Shown here: one piece after another, positions 1 to 12,979 of the stretch
Numbering within the stretch: the first letter of the stretch is position 1
How the letters are laid out: every line of letters begins with the position of its first letter
The notes under the pieces: model-generated
Database searches by the model: none
What the model saw: only the letters and a program-made list of their open reading frames with translations
What the model was told of the DNA's origin: nothing
Source: Raillietiella orientalis
Taxonomy: Eukaryota
Assembly (NCBI GenBank): GCA_036172245.1
Contig: JAYWIR010000005.1
Span: 5,642,001-5,706,000 of the forward strand
Direction of reading: 5' to 3'
DNA length: 64,000 nt
Translations under genes and position numbers: made by a program

Positions 1-848
1 CTTTTCTTTGTTTTAAAAGATGACCCATGGCTATTCTTTTCTTTTTGTTAACTTGCAGCTCAAAGCTCTTTCTTTCTTCAGTATCGAGAGCAGAAAAGAG
101 CGACGAATTAGTGGATGTGAGGAGAGAGGTCATCGTGAATCCTCGAGTGTTTTAAATGCCTTCCTTCTAGCAATGCGAAACTCTGCCAACGGCTGCTCAA
201 AAAAATACACTATTGGTTCGACTATTGTAGGCATGGTACCATGTAGGTCGAAAGCTTCATCGAAAATCAGCGGATCCATCCTATTTTCCAGGGACACCGC
301 CACCGCTTCACTTGCAATTCGTCCAACGTCACCCATCGGAAGTCAGACGGACAGGGAGCCGAAAAAGGATGGGATGGAAATTCTTCTTCCTCAGGCATAA
401 TGCTGTCAGGCTATTTTGAAACTCCACGAGTTGAGCGGAGGATGGCAGCCGGATGCACTTGCATTCTCCATATCGACATCAAGATGCCATCACGCGTTCG
501 AATTCAAGTCAATGGATTGTTTCTCTACGTGGCCGTTATCCGTGTTACGCTGCATGTGGAAGCTCAGGGAGATTGAGCTCATTCTTTTGAGATTTAGGAA
601 ATCCTTTGTAAATATCGCCGCAACAGGCCTCGTCTCGGTTCTGCTGCTGCGTCTTCCCTTTACGTTTTTTCCTTGCAACGTTTAGATATGTAAGAAATAT
701 GGATCAGGTCACCTGGATGGTCGGGTAAAAAGGCTCTATTGCTCACTTCCAGATTGCCAGCTTTCCTAAACGGATTCCATCTGTCGAATCAGATGCCCTG
801 AGGCAAAGCGGATTCAGCAACCAGGAAGTGAAACTCATCTCTCAACCA

Positions 849-1300
849 TCACGTGAACGGAACGCGTACTTTCCCCTTGTTCAAACTCGGCACTTGATTG
901 ATTTCCAGCATGCCGGATAGGTTCGGGAAGGTCTGGGTGTATCCCCAGCATGAAACTGTTTCTTCCAGAGCGAAACTCAAAAGGATCGTCTGCTGAAGGC
1001 AACGGAGATGCGGGTCCAAATCGAAGTTCTCTTGATGGTCGAACACTGGGATGAGCAACGCCCGAGTTCCTTCACGTTCGCTTGGATAGCCGTACAGCAT
1101 GTACAGATCACTTTTAGCTGCATTGAGCAGAAAATGGTGCAAAGACTCTTCCAGATCACTATGTCGTGTCCCCAGAAGCAGAAATGATGCATGCATTTTC
1201 TCAGGGCACCCTTCAGCAGGCATTTTCCCGAGGGCGGAATGAAAGTACCTGGACCTCTCTGACTTCGCGAAACACGAGCGAAAGTATTTATCGTTTTGAC
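849..1300 (-). pseudogene. Unassigned coding-like fragment, possibly the NERD-like N-terminus of the helicase-like family seen elsewhere in the window
   Basis: Open frame ...EESLHHFLLNAAKSDLYMLYGY...ENFDLDPHLRCLQQTILL... with protein-like composition; stops follow immediately; no decisive motif. Confidence 0.2.
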
Positions 1301-1369
1301 ACGTGCATTTTTCAACGCACTCCATATGGAACCCAAAAAAAAGTGACGCAACGTGCTCTGGCGTGAGTA

Positions 1370-2850
1370 ATAAATGACTGCTCAGTCGTAAGCGTGGACA
1401 AGCAAAAGAGACAACCGCTTTTTTAGAACGCACACATTCCAGATTCGGTCTTCAAGGACTGACTCGTGTTCTTCCTGATCGCTGCTACGGATGATCTGGA
1501 AACACTGCACAGATGCAGAGCCTCTATGCGTTACCCATCTGCTTCGAGAAACGGATAACATAGATTTCGTACACTCCTACTTCTCAGCTAACTCTCTAGT
1601 GTGACCTAGATCAGTGACTCAAACTGTGTCGTTGGCTCTGCCTCGGCTAGAGTTACTTAAATATTTATTTTTTTCGGTCGGTGCAAATACATCTTTCCGA
1701 GAGGTTTCCGTTAAAGCATCTTCATTTTAGAAAACTCATTGACAGAGTCTGCTTTGCCTACCGAGGTTGGGATGGAGGAAGTGGGCACGCGGCGCACACA
1801 CATAAACAGACACGTTATGTAGGTACACAGTTGTATAGCGCATGTGTTGTGTACATCCAGCTATGGATATGAATTATATTTACGTATGTGCATGCCAAAA
1901 CTTTCTCGATATACATGCAGGTACATCATAGTAATATATTAGGACCCGCTTTTGTGTGTACACGTTACAAATGGCTGTGTACACAGTGAGTATCTACAAT
2001 ACACACACTTTCAAGTACACATGCACAATCGCAGTTCCATTGCGCTTACATTGCGCCGTGTCTGCAAACCCAAAAGCAAAAGAAACATATTTATACCCCA
2101 TATTCATGTGTATACGTGTATTCAAGCCAATGAAAGTGCGCGAGCATGGCCATACACACATGCATGCATCAGATTGCCTGCATAGGTAGCGCATGGATTC
2201 ACTTCTGCAATTGTATGATTACAAACATATATGTGTTTGAAATCAGATGCACATATCTGCATCTGCGCGGTATCCTTGCATGCGCGAGCACACGTTTCCG
2301 AGTCGCTCGATTTCCTGAATTTCACGTCTTTCTGCTGCCACCGGCGGCTGCTGCGCCGCGTTTCCTACGCCATGGGCAGGGCGGTGAGTTACGCACTGAA
2401 TACAAGAACCACCGTAGGTGGTTCTCGCAGGAGCGGTCGCGAGGGAGACCGAACTCGGAGCAGTTCGGAAACTCCAAATCCCATAGAATGTTCCACTCTG
2501 TTTCTTACTGGCGAGCGTTCTCCGTTCATCGGGACGTCGAACCAAGCAACGACGCAATCCCTGTAGCTCAGTGCGGAGGTATCAACAAGGAAAGGCCATA
2601 GGCATTCCCAAACTCCTGGTGGTCCATGCGAACTCTGCCCGTCAAAGCGAGATCGAAACCAATGAATCGTCTTTTGATCCCGGGTTGAAATGGAATGCAC
2701 ACGAAGAAGGTAGATGGAGAAGACGGTAGACACTTCAGTGCATTCAGTCTGGCTACACATAGACTGGAAAGAAGGCACATCGAGTTTTTTCTGGTACTTC
2801 CTGATGAGCAGGGATTTGAAAATTTGGACGTATGTGCTTCCAAGTACAAA
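1370..2850 (-). pseudogene. Tyrosine recombinase-like gene remnant (Crypton-like/unclassified), copy 1
   Basis: Minus strand gives YRDCVVAWFDVPMNGERSPVRN (NGERS at 2512-2526, resembling RD-L---L--NGQR-G with the catalytic Arg) and later SSVAAIRKNTS (IRK at 1471-1479). A low-complexity tract separates them; stops and frameshifts present. Confidence 0.45.
1790..2270. repeat. Low-complexity alternating purine-pyrimidine (TA/CA/TG) tract
   Basis: Dense acac/gtgt/atat/atgc runs, similar in texture to 16010-16380 (both contain catatctgcat). Confidence 0.85.
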
Positions 2851-3017
2851 TTCTAAAGAGTAACAGCTGGACCTCCTGGCATACATGGAAATCGCAAATG
2901 AGGTGTGTCTTCTGGAGACCAGCACGCAAAAGTCCATACCACAAAGGCAGAATAAGATAGCAGCCACAGGAAGACCGTCAAAACTTCCATCAGAAGGTTC
3001 ATACGACCTGACTACCA

Positions 3018-3454
3018 TTGCTCATGCAAGCCGGGACTCGGGGTTCCAGCCTGGAAGCGCGTGCACGACGCGGACTTTTCAAGAGCACCGGCAGGAAGGC
3101 GCGAGGAGGAACTGTCGGTTGCAACAGCTGGCGATGGCGCGGCCGCTCTCCCCGCCGTTCCTGGAGCTGCGGCGCCGAGCCGACGGGCGCAGCAAGGACG
3201 AAGTTCTGGAACACTCGGGCACCGTCCGCGACATCTCCGCGGCCAGCTGGGGCTGCTCGCGAACGGCAGCGCGTCGGCGTCGCGCTCCTGGAAAAGTCGC
3301 GCCGGGACAGTTCGGCTTCCTGTCCCAGGAAGAAGGACAAGCTGGCAGCTGGCGGGCGATGCGTGTGCTGCTCTGCTGGCGCGCAGCAGAGCGCGAATGC
3401 GAGCAGAACGGGATGGGGCAAGTGGGTGAGGGAAATGAACGCTTGAACCAGTAG
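3018..3454 (+). pseudogene. GC-rich coding-like island of unknown product
   Basis: Frame of ORF 2885..3454 shows strong G/C third-position bias (ccg ttc ctg gag ctg cgg cgc ... gtc cgc gac atc tcc), unlike its flanks; no family recognised. Confidence 0.35.
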
Positions 3455-3699
3455 CGGAGGGGTTAAACGGGTCAACCCTGGGGTTTCCGGGCACCCTCGC
3501 CAATAGATGCTTTTTTTTTGGATTCACGAAGCTTTTAAAATGTATTTAAAAGTAAATATATGATTCGTATAAATTAAAATTCATGCTTCGTGTGGTCAAG
3601 TCATTTGCATAAAAATGAGGGCTGAATTTCCGCCCTATTACCGGCCCCCCTATCTCCGCCCTACTAATTTTGGTATGCATTCCAAAATCCCAGGAAAAG

Positions 3700-4600
3700 T
3701 CTTGACTTACATTCGTCGATTTTATCTGGACTGTCCATCGCATTTTCCGAAAATCGTGCTCAATTATTTGATGAGCAAGAAACCGCCATCTGGAAGTATG
3801 AGGGGAACAGGAGAGAAGGCGACTTATCGTGCAGCGCATGCGTGCTGCGCAACCAACGTATGGTTCCTTTCCTCAGCTACGTCATACACTCTTCCAAGTA
3901 AGAAACGCATCGGGAAAGTTCTCCAATGCATTCAGCTAAGAAGCTCCTGGTCTGACAGGTCCTTCCAGCTCGGTGCATCGTAAGACATGTCCTCAGCGGA
4001 TTCACCCGACAATCCACACCGAGCAGATCTCTGACCAGTGGCACTGTGCTGTCTGAAAACAGATGGCCACAAGATTGATGAAGAAACCTGTTGAAACGAC
4101 CAAGTTTTTTTTCTCGACATCCTATCCATTATGCTAGGAGATACCAATGCTCTTTGCCAGTTTTGACCACATCAGATCTATTTCTACCGTTCTACTCTAT
4201 TGGAGTTCCTCAAAACTAGAAACTTTGTTTTCTGTTGCTCCCATGACTCCAAGACCTGTTTTTGCTCTTTCGTGAAAGGTCTGTTAGTGAGGGAAAGCCT
4301 GGTTTAATTGCTACATGCTTCATCGGCATTACTTCTTCTGCGTGTCTAGGGAATGGAGCAGTCAAAAGAAACACAGATGCAAGCAAAGATTACCAGTGTA
4401 AGATACGGAGAACCTGAACCTGGATATGCTTGCACTGTGATGCCTACATCGAATCCTCCAAGGTTCCTCGATGTCTGGAAATAGGTATCAGTATCGTAAC
4501 ACTTCTCAGAAGCCAGGCGTAGCGTGGTCAAGTCTTAAAAACCCACGTGCGTGCCCACGAAAAAGGATGTAGCTCTCCGAAAGATAAAAAAAGTGGAGTC
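3700..4600 (+). pseudogene. Decayed P-loop/SF1 helicase-like gene fragment
   Basis: SGSMRGTGEKATY (Walker A-like) near 3790-3830 and QVFFLDIL (Walker B-like) near 4100-4125; many stops. Confidence 0.25.
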
Positions 4601-4699
4601 TTCTTCAAGCAGCCAGCTTCACTTCTGCTGCTGATTGTAGTTTTCCTTCAAGTCGTGCCTACCAGTGGGTAATCACTTCATAGAGGCGCAGTGAGTCAG

Positions 4700-5120
4700 G
4701 AATAGCTATGACACGAAGGAGCGCCGGCAAAGATCTGACCAAAGGCTATCTGGCGATTTTGCGTGCGACACGGCTGCTTTCGAGAGGACTCTCTTCCTCG
4801 AAGGAAAGCCTTAATCAGAGGATCCCATTGAACGGATAAAAAGTTTCTTCTCTTTTCCTTTCTCGAAGCTTCTGGATCAGCTGAAGTGATCTTGCCGAGA
4901 TGAATTTGGGGCAGGTCTCTGGATCGAAGTTTCTCCTCCTCCCTCGCTGCTCCTGGTGAAATCTCTTCGTACCGCGCTGGGTAGCGAAACCATGCTTGAG
5001 CCTGCTTGGTAACGGCGGGACGCGTCAAACATCTTTCGAGGGAGAAGATCAGTGAGGATAAACCTCTCTTTGTGCAGCATCGACCCATGGTCCCGAGGAG
5101 GTCGGGAATGAGCTGCATCT
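4700..5120 (-). mobile_element. L1/Tx1-like ORF2 fragment (EN-RT linker)
   Basis: QAQAWFRYPARYEEISPGAAREEEKLRSRDLPQIHL resembles the Tx1 linker pattern (R..w..E.s..f...EK.R...I..L). Confidence 0.3.
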
Positions 5121-5869
5121 TGGGAGGATCGTTTCTCCCCTGCTAAGGAGACCGAGCCATTCTTGGCCATTCACAGCTCTGGCTGCTAGGACAGCCTCCA
5201 CTGTCTTCTGAGATTCTGTTCGCGGTCTTGCTCCTTTTCTCCTTTCCTCTTTCTTTTGAAAAGGGCAGGAAATGGTAGGAAGTATTCCCTCGCCCCACTG
5301 CCGCCACCCACCCATCCACCCGTCCCCCATGTATGAGTTTCAAAGTCACGCATGGGTCATCCAGTGAAAGGGGGCCATCTTTCTTTCGAATCAGCCATAC
5401 TCCTTGGCTAAACTTTCTTTCTTCTTTCCAGGAATCCCCGATTCCTTCTTCTTATTCTCGGGAAGACCCGCTTCTGCCGCGCACCGTCACCTTCGCAAGG
5501 AGACCGTTCCTAAGTGACGAACGGAGAGCGGTTCCCCCTTAGGACTAGCGGTGAGGTGGATCCTCTGGTCCCAAAGCAGCAATACAAACCATCTTGCCTG
5601 ATCACTGCGGGACAGCAACTCATTGGCCCATTTGCTCGTCGCAGATCCTCGGGGGGCATGTCCACCACTTCCGAGGACGGTACATGTCACCCCGCACTTA
5701 AATTTATTTATCTGGAGGACTTTCCTGCCTTCTCCTTCACCTCCCCCACGAGTCTGGTCCCCAGCGCGGTTTCACGCCCTTTCTCTTCGAGTCGGCACAT
5801 ACCGGTCCCTTTCTCGCTGCAAGAGCTTTATTTATTTATTTTAAATAAATGGAGCGGAAGTCCGAGAAA

Positions 5870-6600
5870 GAAGGTCATGCTGGAACGTTTACCAGCATGC
5901 ATAATGGACAAACAAGGCTGTCAGGAAGGGCAAGAAATAAAATAAACGAAGACATTCGGATGCAGAGGAAGAAAAGGACCCCCGGGAATTCCCACATCGC
6001 CCTGTGGCGAGTACGTGCGGCGGGCAATCTTGTTCCTGGACTTCCTAGGTAGGGGGTGGCAGCCGCCTTTTCCTGGATCTTTGCAGGAGGCAGCAAGGAC
6101 AGTGATCTCACCTCCCTGCTGCCCTGCTTCCAGCAGCAGCTCACAGGGTCCCGGTCACGGCGTTCCCGAGTGGCGCCACGTGTCTGCGTGGTTGTTTCGA
6201 CTTCGCTCCCACAGGGTCCCGGTCGCCGCTCTCGTAAGTTCTCCAGGAGGGCAGGTTCACCCGGGACCGGAGATTGCACTGATGCAAGTCCATCTGGTGC
6301 ATCTGGCGCATCTTGCAGGTTCACATCATCTCGAGGTTGGTGAGGGTGGGCGCTTCCCCTCGCGGAACCGGTGTCCGCTGCATGGGATGACCAGGTGAGA
6401 GATGAGCGTCACCGGTTGCCAAGGGGGATAGGTAGAACCGTTCATGCGCAATGTGCGTGGGGTGTCAGTTCTAGAAGCTCTGAAAGTTTGAGGGAAGATC
6501 TCAGTCGTGGTGCACTCCAAAGCAGTGGAATAACGCGTTCGCCGTCTGGCACCATTCAACTCGGTCAACCAATTCTTCGCTTCGGCAGACAACATGCAGA
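5870..6600 (-). mobile_element. L1/Tx1-like LINE 3' remnant
   Basis: PPWQPVTLISHLVIPCSGHR parallels PLRWQQMATTFLHWGFPCSQR of the 26.4-kb copy; ends in taaacgttccagcatgacc (5873-5891, minus), the family 3' terminal motif. Confidence 0.5.
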
Positions 6601-7599
6601 AGGAGATGACAATGACTGAATTCGGGCACCTTGCCCGCTTGTGCTAAGTCCTCGAGATGATGGTTCTTCTGATGCTACAAGACAAAAGGAAGCGAGAGCC
6701 TGGTCCTGAATACCCAGGAGATTTCCTTTAGATTCCTGCAGCACACACCCTGTCTGTGGTGAACCCATCGCTCGACCTATACCCTCGTCAGGATGTCAAA
6801 TACGGTCCACTACTCAGACTGCCAAATGGTAGATGGGTGGAGACACTTGGGTTTGCAGCTTGGCGAGCATCCTTCCACATGATGACTCCGGACGAGACCA
6901 GCAAGACCGGGCTCTCATCTTGCGGGTTCACTTTTTGCACTACTGGGTGTCGTGCATATCAAAGTTTGGTTGGCTGTTTCAAACCCGCGAGAGAGTCTAC
7001 GGAAGGAAAAAAACCTTATTATTTGATTGGTAAGCATGAGATGGACAAACACGTAGAACCTACCGCCACTACCACGATTGCTATTACTTCTAACAATCAA
7101 GCTACCATCTTCTATTGCCACGGCTGGTCGAGACAATGTGTATTCGAGAGGTCCAGTTTCTTGCGATGAACTTGTAGGAAACTTCAGGCTCATGTTGAGA
7201 GACAGGAAGATACTGAACACATGGACACCGGGGGAAGGTGTTCTTTAGCCAGTCCGGTGTTCGGTTTTCCTCTTGAGCTCTGCACTCTCCGTGTTTCGCG
7301 TGGAAGATATGATGCCCTCTGGGATTGCGGGAACGGCGAAATGGTCCCGTGATGTTCCCTTGGCGGCATCCGCCTAAGCATCCACACAAAGCTACGAGGA
7401 TTACTAGAAATCGGAACAGAGGGAGCGCTGGAACTCAAGTACGAGCGCGTTCAACGTTTCGGAGAGTGGGAGAAGAAGCAGCCGATCCGCTCCCATGGTA
7501 ACTTTCTCATCCCGAATTAGAGCATAAAAAATTTAGCTGTTCATCTACGACAAGCAAATGTATCGATAGAAAGAGTGTCATATCGTCTGGAGTAAACAC

Positions 7600-8000
7600 C
7601 ATGAGGAGTCCAACCTCGTCTGGGCGGTGTCTGGAATGGACTGAAGAGCAAAGTGGGAGGGAAGACGGGTAGACAGGCAAAGAAGAGAGGGACAGGCCTC
7701 GCTGCTGCTAATGAATCGGGGTTGGGATCAGAAAGAAAGGATAGGATGCTGAATTCATCGGCTTTCACCTGCCCAAGTTTGCCTCGAGGAGTCCTTTCAT
7801 GTCCGCAATCAACCAGGTACCCACGGAAACCGAGGAGGAGAGGGAACGGAAACGGCAGCGAGAGGGATCTCTCGTCTGGATCACGAGCGATTCCTTCTCG
7901 TATGAGATCAAAAAGAGGAGTCTGCTTCCTGCTTTTGAGGCCCATTTATCGAGGGAGACCACAACGAGAGTGGCCCTGATGGTGGTCGGAGGAAGCGGGT
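7600..8000 (-). mobile_element. Decayed APE-type endonuclease (LINE ORF2 N-terminus)
   Basis: Across frameshifts: TLVVVSL..GLKSRKQTPLFDLIRE...LVIQT...GFRGY, matching the APE start pattern (sLN.nGL ... lQET). Confidence 0.4.
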
Positions 8001-8619
8001 TTGCTAGGATGGACACCCTGAGCTGAAGATGAGAAGGCCGTGGGTAGGGAACGAAGGTATCATCCTCTGGAAGCAAGGCGGAGCATTTTTCCATGATTCG
8101 GGGTCGGGATGAATCCGAAGGGCGGATCTCGTGGTCTGTGTTTTGAGAAAAAGGAAGTCAAAAAAGGCAATAAAGAAAAAAATGAGATGCAGCCATCTCT
8201 TTCCACCCGCGCGGCATGCATGCCACTCCGCCAAGCGGGCAAGTCTCTTGCCCTCCTCCCCCTGATCACGGGAAACCCAAGGAAGTTCTCGGAGGTCTCA
8301 GAAGCAGATTCTGTGGACTCCACTCTGGAGGGACCGGCGACATTCACCCAAGGGCAAAAACACACACCCCTTTCGTACCGAGGGAGCCATCGAGGATGGG
8401 CTGCCTGGATCGTGGGCTGAGAAAGCCGAGGTTGCTACCTCTGCAGGGAAGAGGCTCCGAGCAGGAAGCTCAGTGGAATTCTTTCGGAGAACTGACGACA
8501 GAGATGGTCAAAGACAAGGGGTGAAGGAAGATATAGGGGGCAAGTTGGCTCTTTGGAACGCATCTCCTTGCCCTCGAAAAAAAAAAAAAAAAAAGGGATC
8601 CAGATTTACATCAAGGGAA

Positions 8620-9400
8620 CCCGAAATGGCTACTCGAGGAATGTCCAACAGTTCAGATCCTCCTCCTAAGCAGGAACACAGGATTTGGGGAACAAAGTTG
8701 AAGTTGCTGGAAGTGGAGGAAAGTTGTTTTTTGGAGCCCACAGGTTTGACGAAGTTCGGAACTCGAAGAGTGGCGACCACTTGTTTCACCATGCAAGAGA
8801 GATCGATGCGGAATGAAGGTGCAGATTTCTGGATCAGTCACGGTGGACATTCCCGCGTAGATCGTGATTGTGATGCGGAGGCTATTAGCCGTGGCCGCGT
8901 GCACGAGATGCCGTAATAGCACACTACAAGCTACTAAGTGTGCTGATGACCGGTGACCGAGCAGTACAAGAGCATCCTTGATCGGATAGCCAAATGCGTA
9001 ATGGAAAGAAGAAAGACCAGCGGTGAGATCTTCGAGAGGAGCCGATCCCAACTTCCCCGTCCAATCAAGAGCGGCTGGTATGCTGTTTCAGGGACGAAAA
9101 CGGAATCGCTGATCGGCGAGCGCGTGGAACACGAAAGCAACACGGAGCGAGACAATCGAATGCTCTGTGGCTCAAATCAGTGATCCTGAGGTCTCTGGGT
9201 TACGGGAGAAAATGATGCGAGGTCTCAAGGTTACGCCTGCCCTCCCCTGTAGCGAGGAGGCGCCTCTCGAGCATGAGCTAGAAAGCAAAGAAGATGCAAG
9301 GATAAGAAACCGCCTGAGTCCGAAGACCTTGGTTACGACCTGGCCATTAAGGAATGACTACCGAAAAAGGTTTAGGCAATGGTCGGAAGTTCCGGTAGAG
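8620..9400 (+). mobile_element. Highly decayed RLE-type (Utopia/NeSL-like) non-LTR remnant
   Basis: QERSM...FWISHG, CTRCRNSTL, EQYKSILDRIAK and LVTTW are colinear with QGKAM, CRRCGTEDETL, RHDAILEMIKK and MVATW of the 32.4-33.9 kb element. Confidence 0.45.
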
Positions 9401-9499
9401 TCAGGAGCCCCAAACCCAGCAACCTATGAGTCGCACAGCGGGGAGCAGTCTCGCTCCAGATGACCTCTTTTATATCCATCTAGTTTATCCTTTCTATAC

Positions 9500-9830
9500 T
9501 ACACAGCTCCCTCAGCTCATCTAGGTAAAGAGAGCATTGATCTCGTTTGTCGACCATACGTGGAAGAGCAGGTCGTTTCTCTTGGCAATCAGGAAGCGAA
9601 AAGGAACGACAGATGGGAAGCGTAAGCTTCGCTCTTTATAAAAGATTCAATGAATCCACATTGGTGCACAAAGATGTACCAAAATGGTCGTGCTACCTGG
9701 GGAAATCGAAATCGTAGCATTCCTTGTCCCCACGGCGAGAGTTCCTAAATCAGGTGCTGGAAAGCACCTTGAAATGCTGGCTGTTGAATAAGATGAGCAC
9801 CTTGAACCATACAGCTCAGAGGCACTGCCA
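9500..9830 (-). pseudogene. Possible caspase (peptidase C14) p20 remnant
   Basis: KVLILFNSQHF...RRGDKEC resembles caspase G.aLIfN..F...R.Gt..D; catalytic motifs not intact. Confidence 0.3.
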
Positions 9831-11149
9831 GTCCCTGTCCTCAGTAGCCAAGTAGTAGGCAGTCTCTTTCTCAGTCTCCAATGTCTTAAGAAGTTTGAAT
9901 GCAGCTCGAAAAAGAGTAACAGCCGGTATCAGTCCTGAAGACGTCTCGTCCCCTTACGTCCCCTTACGCAGCATCCGTCAACCATGGCAACAAACTGGAG
10001 TCACAGAAGATCCACGGGAGGGTGGGGAAAATCGGCCAAAATTCTCGGACACTCAACATGGCTGTGCGCTGGCGTGTCACGGAGGAGACTGTTAGCGGAG
10101 GAAGGAGGAGGGAATGGTCGGCAGGAAGGGAAGAGAGAGACCACAGGACTCGCTCTTCGGATTTTTTGCCATCCAGCATCACAGGAAAACTCTCCGCTTT
10201 CCTCCTCGAGGATGTGGGCTCCATTCGCCACATACGCACGATCTTCGCATCGTCAGCGCGGGGCGTCCAGCCTCAGGGAGGCGGCTCTCTTCCCATCATC
10301 CCTTCCGGGGCGCTCCTCCCCATTACGAAGTCCCGCAGTCATCTCAGCGCGCTTGAAGAAGACGGTGGCACGGCCCGACCCGGAACGGCGCGCTTCCGAG
10401 GGTGGAGCGCTCCCACCTCGGAGGAAGGGATCCACATTCTCTCGCTGGCGTGCGCGAAAGATGGCCTCCTAGTTGCAGCCGCGGGCTTCCGATCTCGCTG
10501 GCTTCGTTTTTCCGCAGGCTTCGTCTTCCAGCCTGTCCTGCTCGAGTTTCTACACCTACGGAACGCAAATCGCTCGCTAATGATATCCCCACGCGCGGGA
10601 GTCTGTGTGGCTCCCTGCAATCACGAAACGGAAAAGCTGAAATTCTCTCAGAGTCGTGGGAAAAAGCGCTCCATAGCAACGCGATCTTGAATCTCGACTT
10701 GATTCCGGGTCTCTCTCGGCCGCAAAAGATGGACGAGAGAACCTTCTGGAAAAGTAACGATCCGGAAGAAGGAGGGGGAGGGGAGAATTCCCTCCTCCTC
10801 CCCTCCTCCCTTGCTCTCCAACCCTCAGTGCTGCTTGCAATGGCACGGATGCCAAGAGCATTGGCAACAAACAGTTAGGCTTGCGGCTCCATCATCCTTC
10901 GGTTCGGAGATTTCACTTCCTCTAGCTTGATATCTGGCTGCTTCCCGGTTCGAACGATGAACGAGCACGATCAGGAGGAAGAAGGATGAAGCCACGAGGG
11001 AAGAAGAACCGGGGGACGAAATCGTGTGGAAAGTCAGCCAGTCATCTTCCAGAGACATCTCGGAGGAGCAGCGAGGACACTTGAGAAGAAGAAACACGGA
11101 ACGTGGGAAGGTCAAATGGTTCTCAAAGAACACGATAGCCCCAAGGGTC

Positions 11150-11960
11150 GGAGCGAAATATGGGCCTCTGAAACGCAGATTTTTTTTTCTTCTTCATGAG
11201 CGCGCACATTTCTCTTCTTTTTCTTCTTCTCTGTATCGAAAATACCTGTCCATGCACAAGATTCATTGCTCCTCTGGTGCCTTGAGCTGGTGCCGAAACC
11301 AAAAGAAAAAGCAACCGACAACTCTGGAGGAGAATGCTGATGGAGATGAAGCACGCAGGATGGGGGGCATGAAAACCTGGGGACCTCATGAATTGTTGCT
11401 GGAAAACAAAAAGAAAAAAAAGGAAAAGTGTGAAGGCGATGATTCCCGAACCTTTCGCGTCTGCGTCCGGACCTCTCTTGTTGCGCAGCACCAGTCTTCA
11501 TCCGTTCCCCCGCCCCCGATACACACGGAAAATCCAAGAGCGAGATCCAATTACCATCTCATTGAAGGGAGAAAGTATGTGACGTGCCACACTAGAAGGA
11601 ACCCACCGAGTTGGCACTAATATGTCTAGGATACAGCCGCGCCCAAGACAGCAGAAACGGGCGCATGTTCTTCGTTCCCTGGTCACGTTTGTTCCTCTCT
11701 CGAGTGAGGTGCTTCCCGCTCTCGTCCTTCCAAGAGCTCCTCCACCTCTTGCTATAGCTCGACAAAGGGAGTCCGCAAAGGAGGCGCAAAGGAGGCGTTC
11801 TCTTGCTTTCCGTTTACTGAGAACCGGAAAAAACAGATCAGGAACAGACCGGTGGTCCCGTGACAACCACGCGCTCTTGCAGCCGCTCGCTTTCCCGTTC
11901 AAACTCACCAGAGAAAAAGAGAATTGAGCTTTCACCGAATGGATTTCCGGAACAGAAAAA
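11150..11960 (-). pseudogene. Tyrosine recombinase-like gene remnant, copy 2
   Basis: FSLVSLNGKASG (11882-11902), then VSAPAQGTRGAMNLVH...RREMCALM, matching NGQRSG and the sat..Rk..t.vH...a.lM.H C-terminal layout; heavily decayed. Confidence 0.35.
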
Positions 11961-12979
11961 ATCAGGTGCTGCCAATCCATATCCATGCCTTACCGGACTG
12001 AGTTTCCAGGAAGAAGCATCCACTTAACAACCAAAATTTTGTCTGTCTGTCAGCAAAATCAAAAATTTTGAAACCACTCGTGTAGGCTAGTAGTCCGAGT
12101 CCTAATCGATTGGAGTCAGCCAGCAATCACCACCAGGAAATAGTAACGATGATGTCTTCGCTAGTAACCGATGATGTCACGAGATTCGACGTCGTAATTA
12201 AAAGCTACACACCCGAGAAATTTTTAACAGTTATGCTGAGAGCGAAAGAGAAAGGCGAACGCAACTGAGGTCTTTTATTGAGGAAACGGCAAGGGAATCC
12301 TTAAGGGGTCCCTCTCTGGATAAAATTCTTCAACCGGAAATCTGGACGCAACCACGAAAAGCTGCTTTAGCATGAGACCAGACGAGACCGAGCACCTCTG
12401 TCCTGCATCGCCTCTTCTCCGGAACTCCATTCCAGGCTCCATTCTTCCCGAGACTCCATTCATTTTCAACAGAGCTCAGATCCAACTTTTCACCTAAGCT
12501 GAACGACACAGCCAATTCCTTGGGAAACGCTTAAATGATTTATTTTCCTTTGCTCGCGTTATATGGCGACCATTTGACAAAGGAACCAAAAGTCGAATAT
12601 TATCTGAAATTTCACGGCCACATCTGAGAGTTTGTGCCTCGCTTTCCACGTGCTCGTGAAACTTTTGTTGAGATCGTTTCACGGAGGCTGTTTCTTCCAC
12701 GAGGGTATCATGGTATTCATTCTTGCTCATGGACTGCCTGGCCTTCAAGAAACTGGTTTTTCGTTGAGTATTTGTCATAATTCCAGAATCAAGGCGTTTC
12801 CAAAACATCCAGCTCTTCCCCCCCCCCCCCCCCCTCTCCCATCCTCCATTGAATTGGTTCCACGCAGAGAGTGTACTCAAGAGACTTCTGGGAAGAGAGA
12901 ATCCTCCCATCACTATGAGACACTCGCAGCTGGAAGTTAGCCCGTGACTCCCAAGTCTCCTCAATCCTCATAAGCTTCC

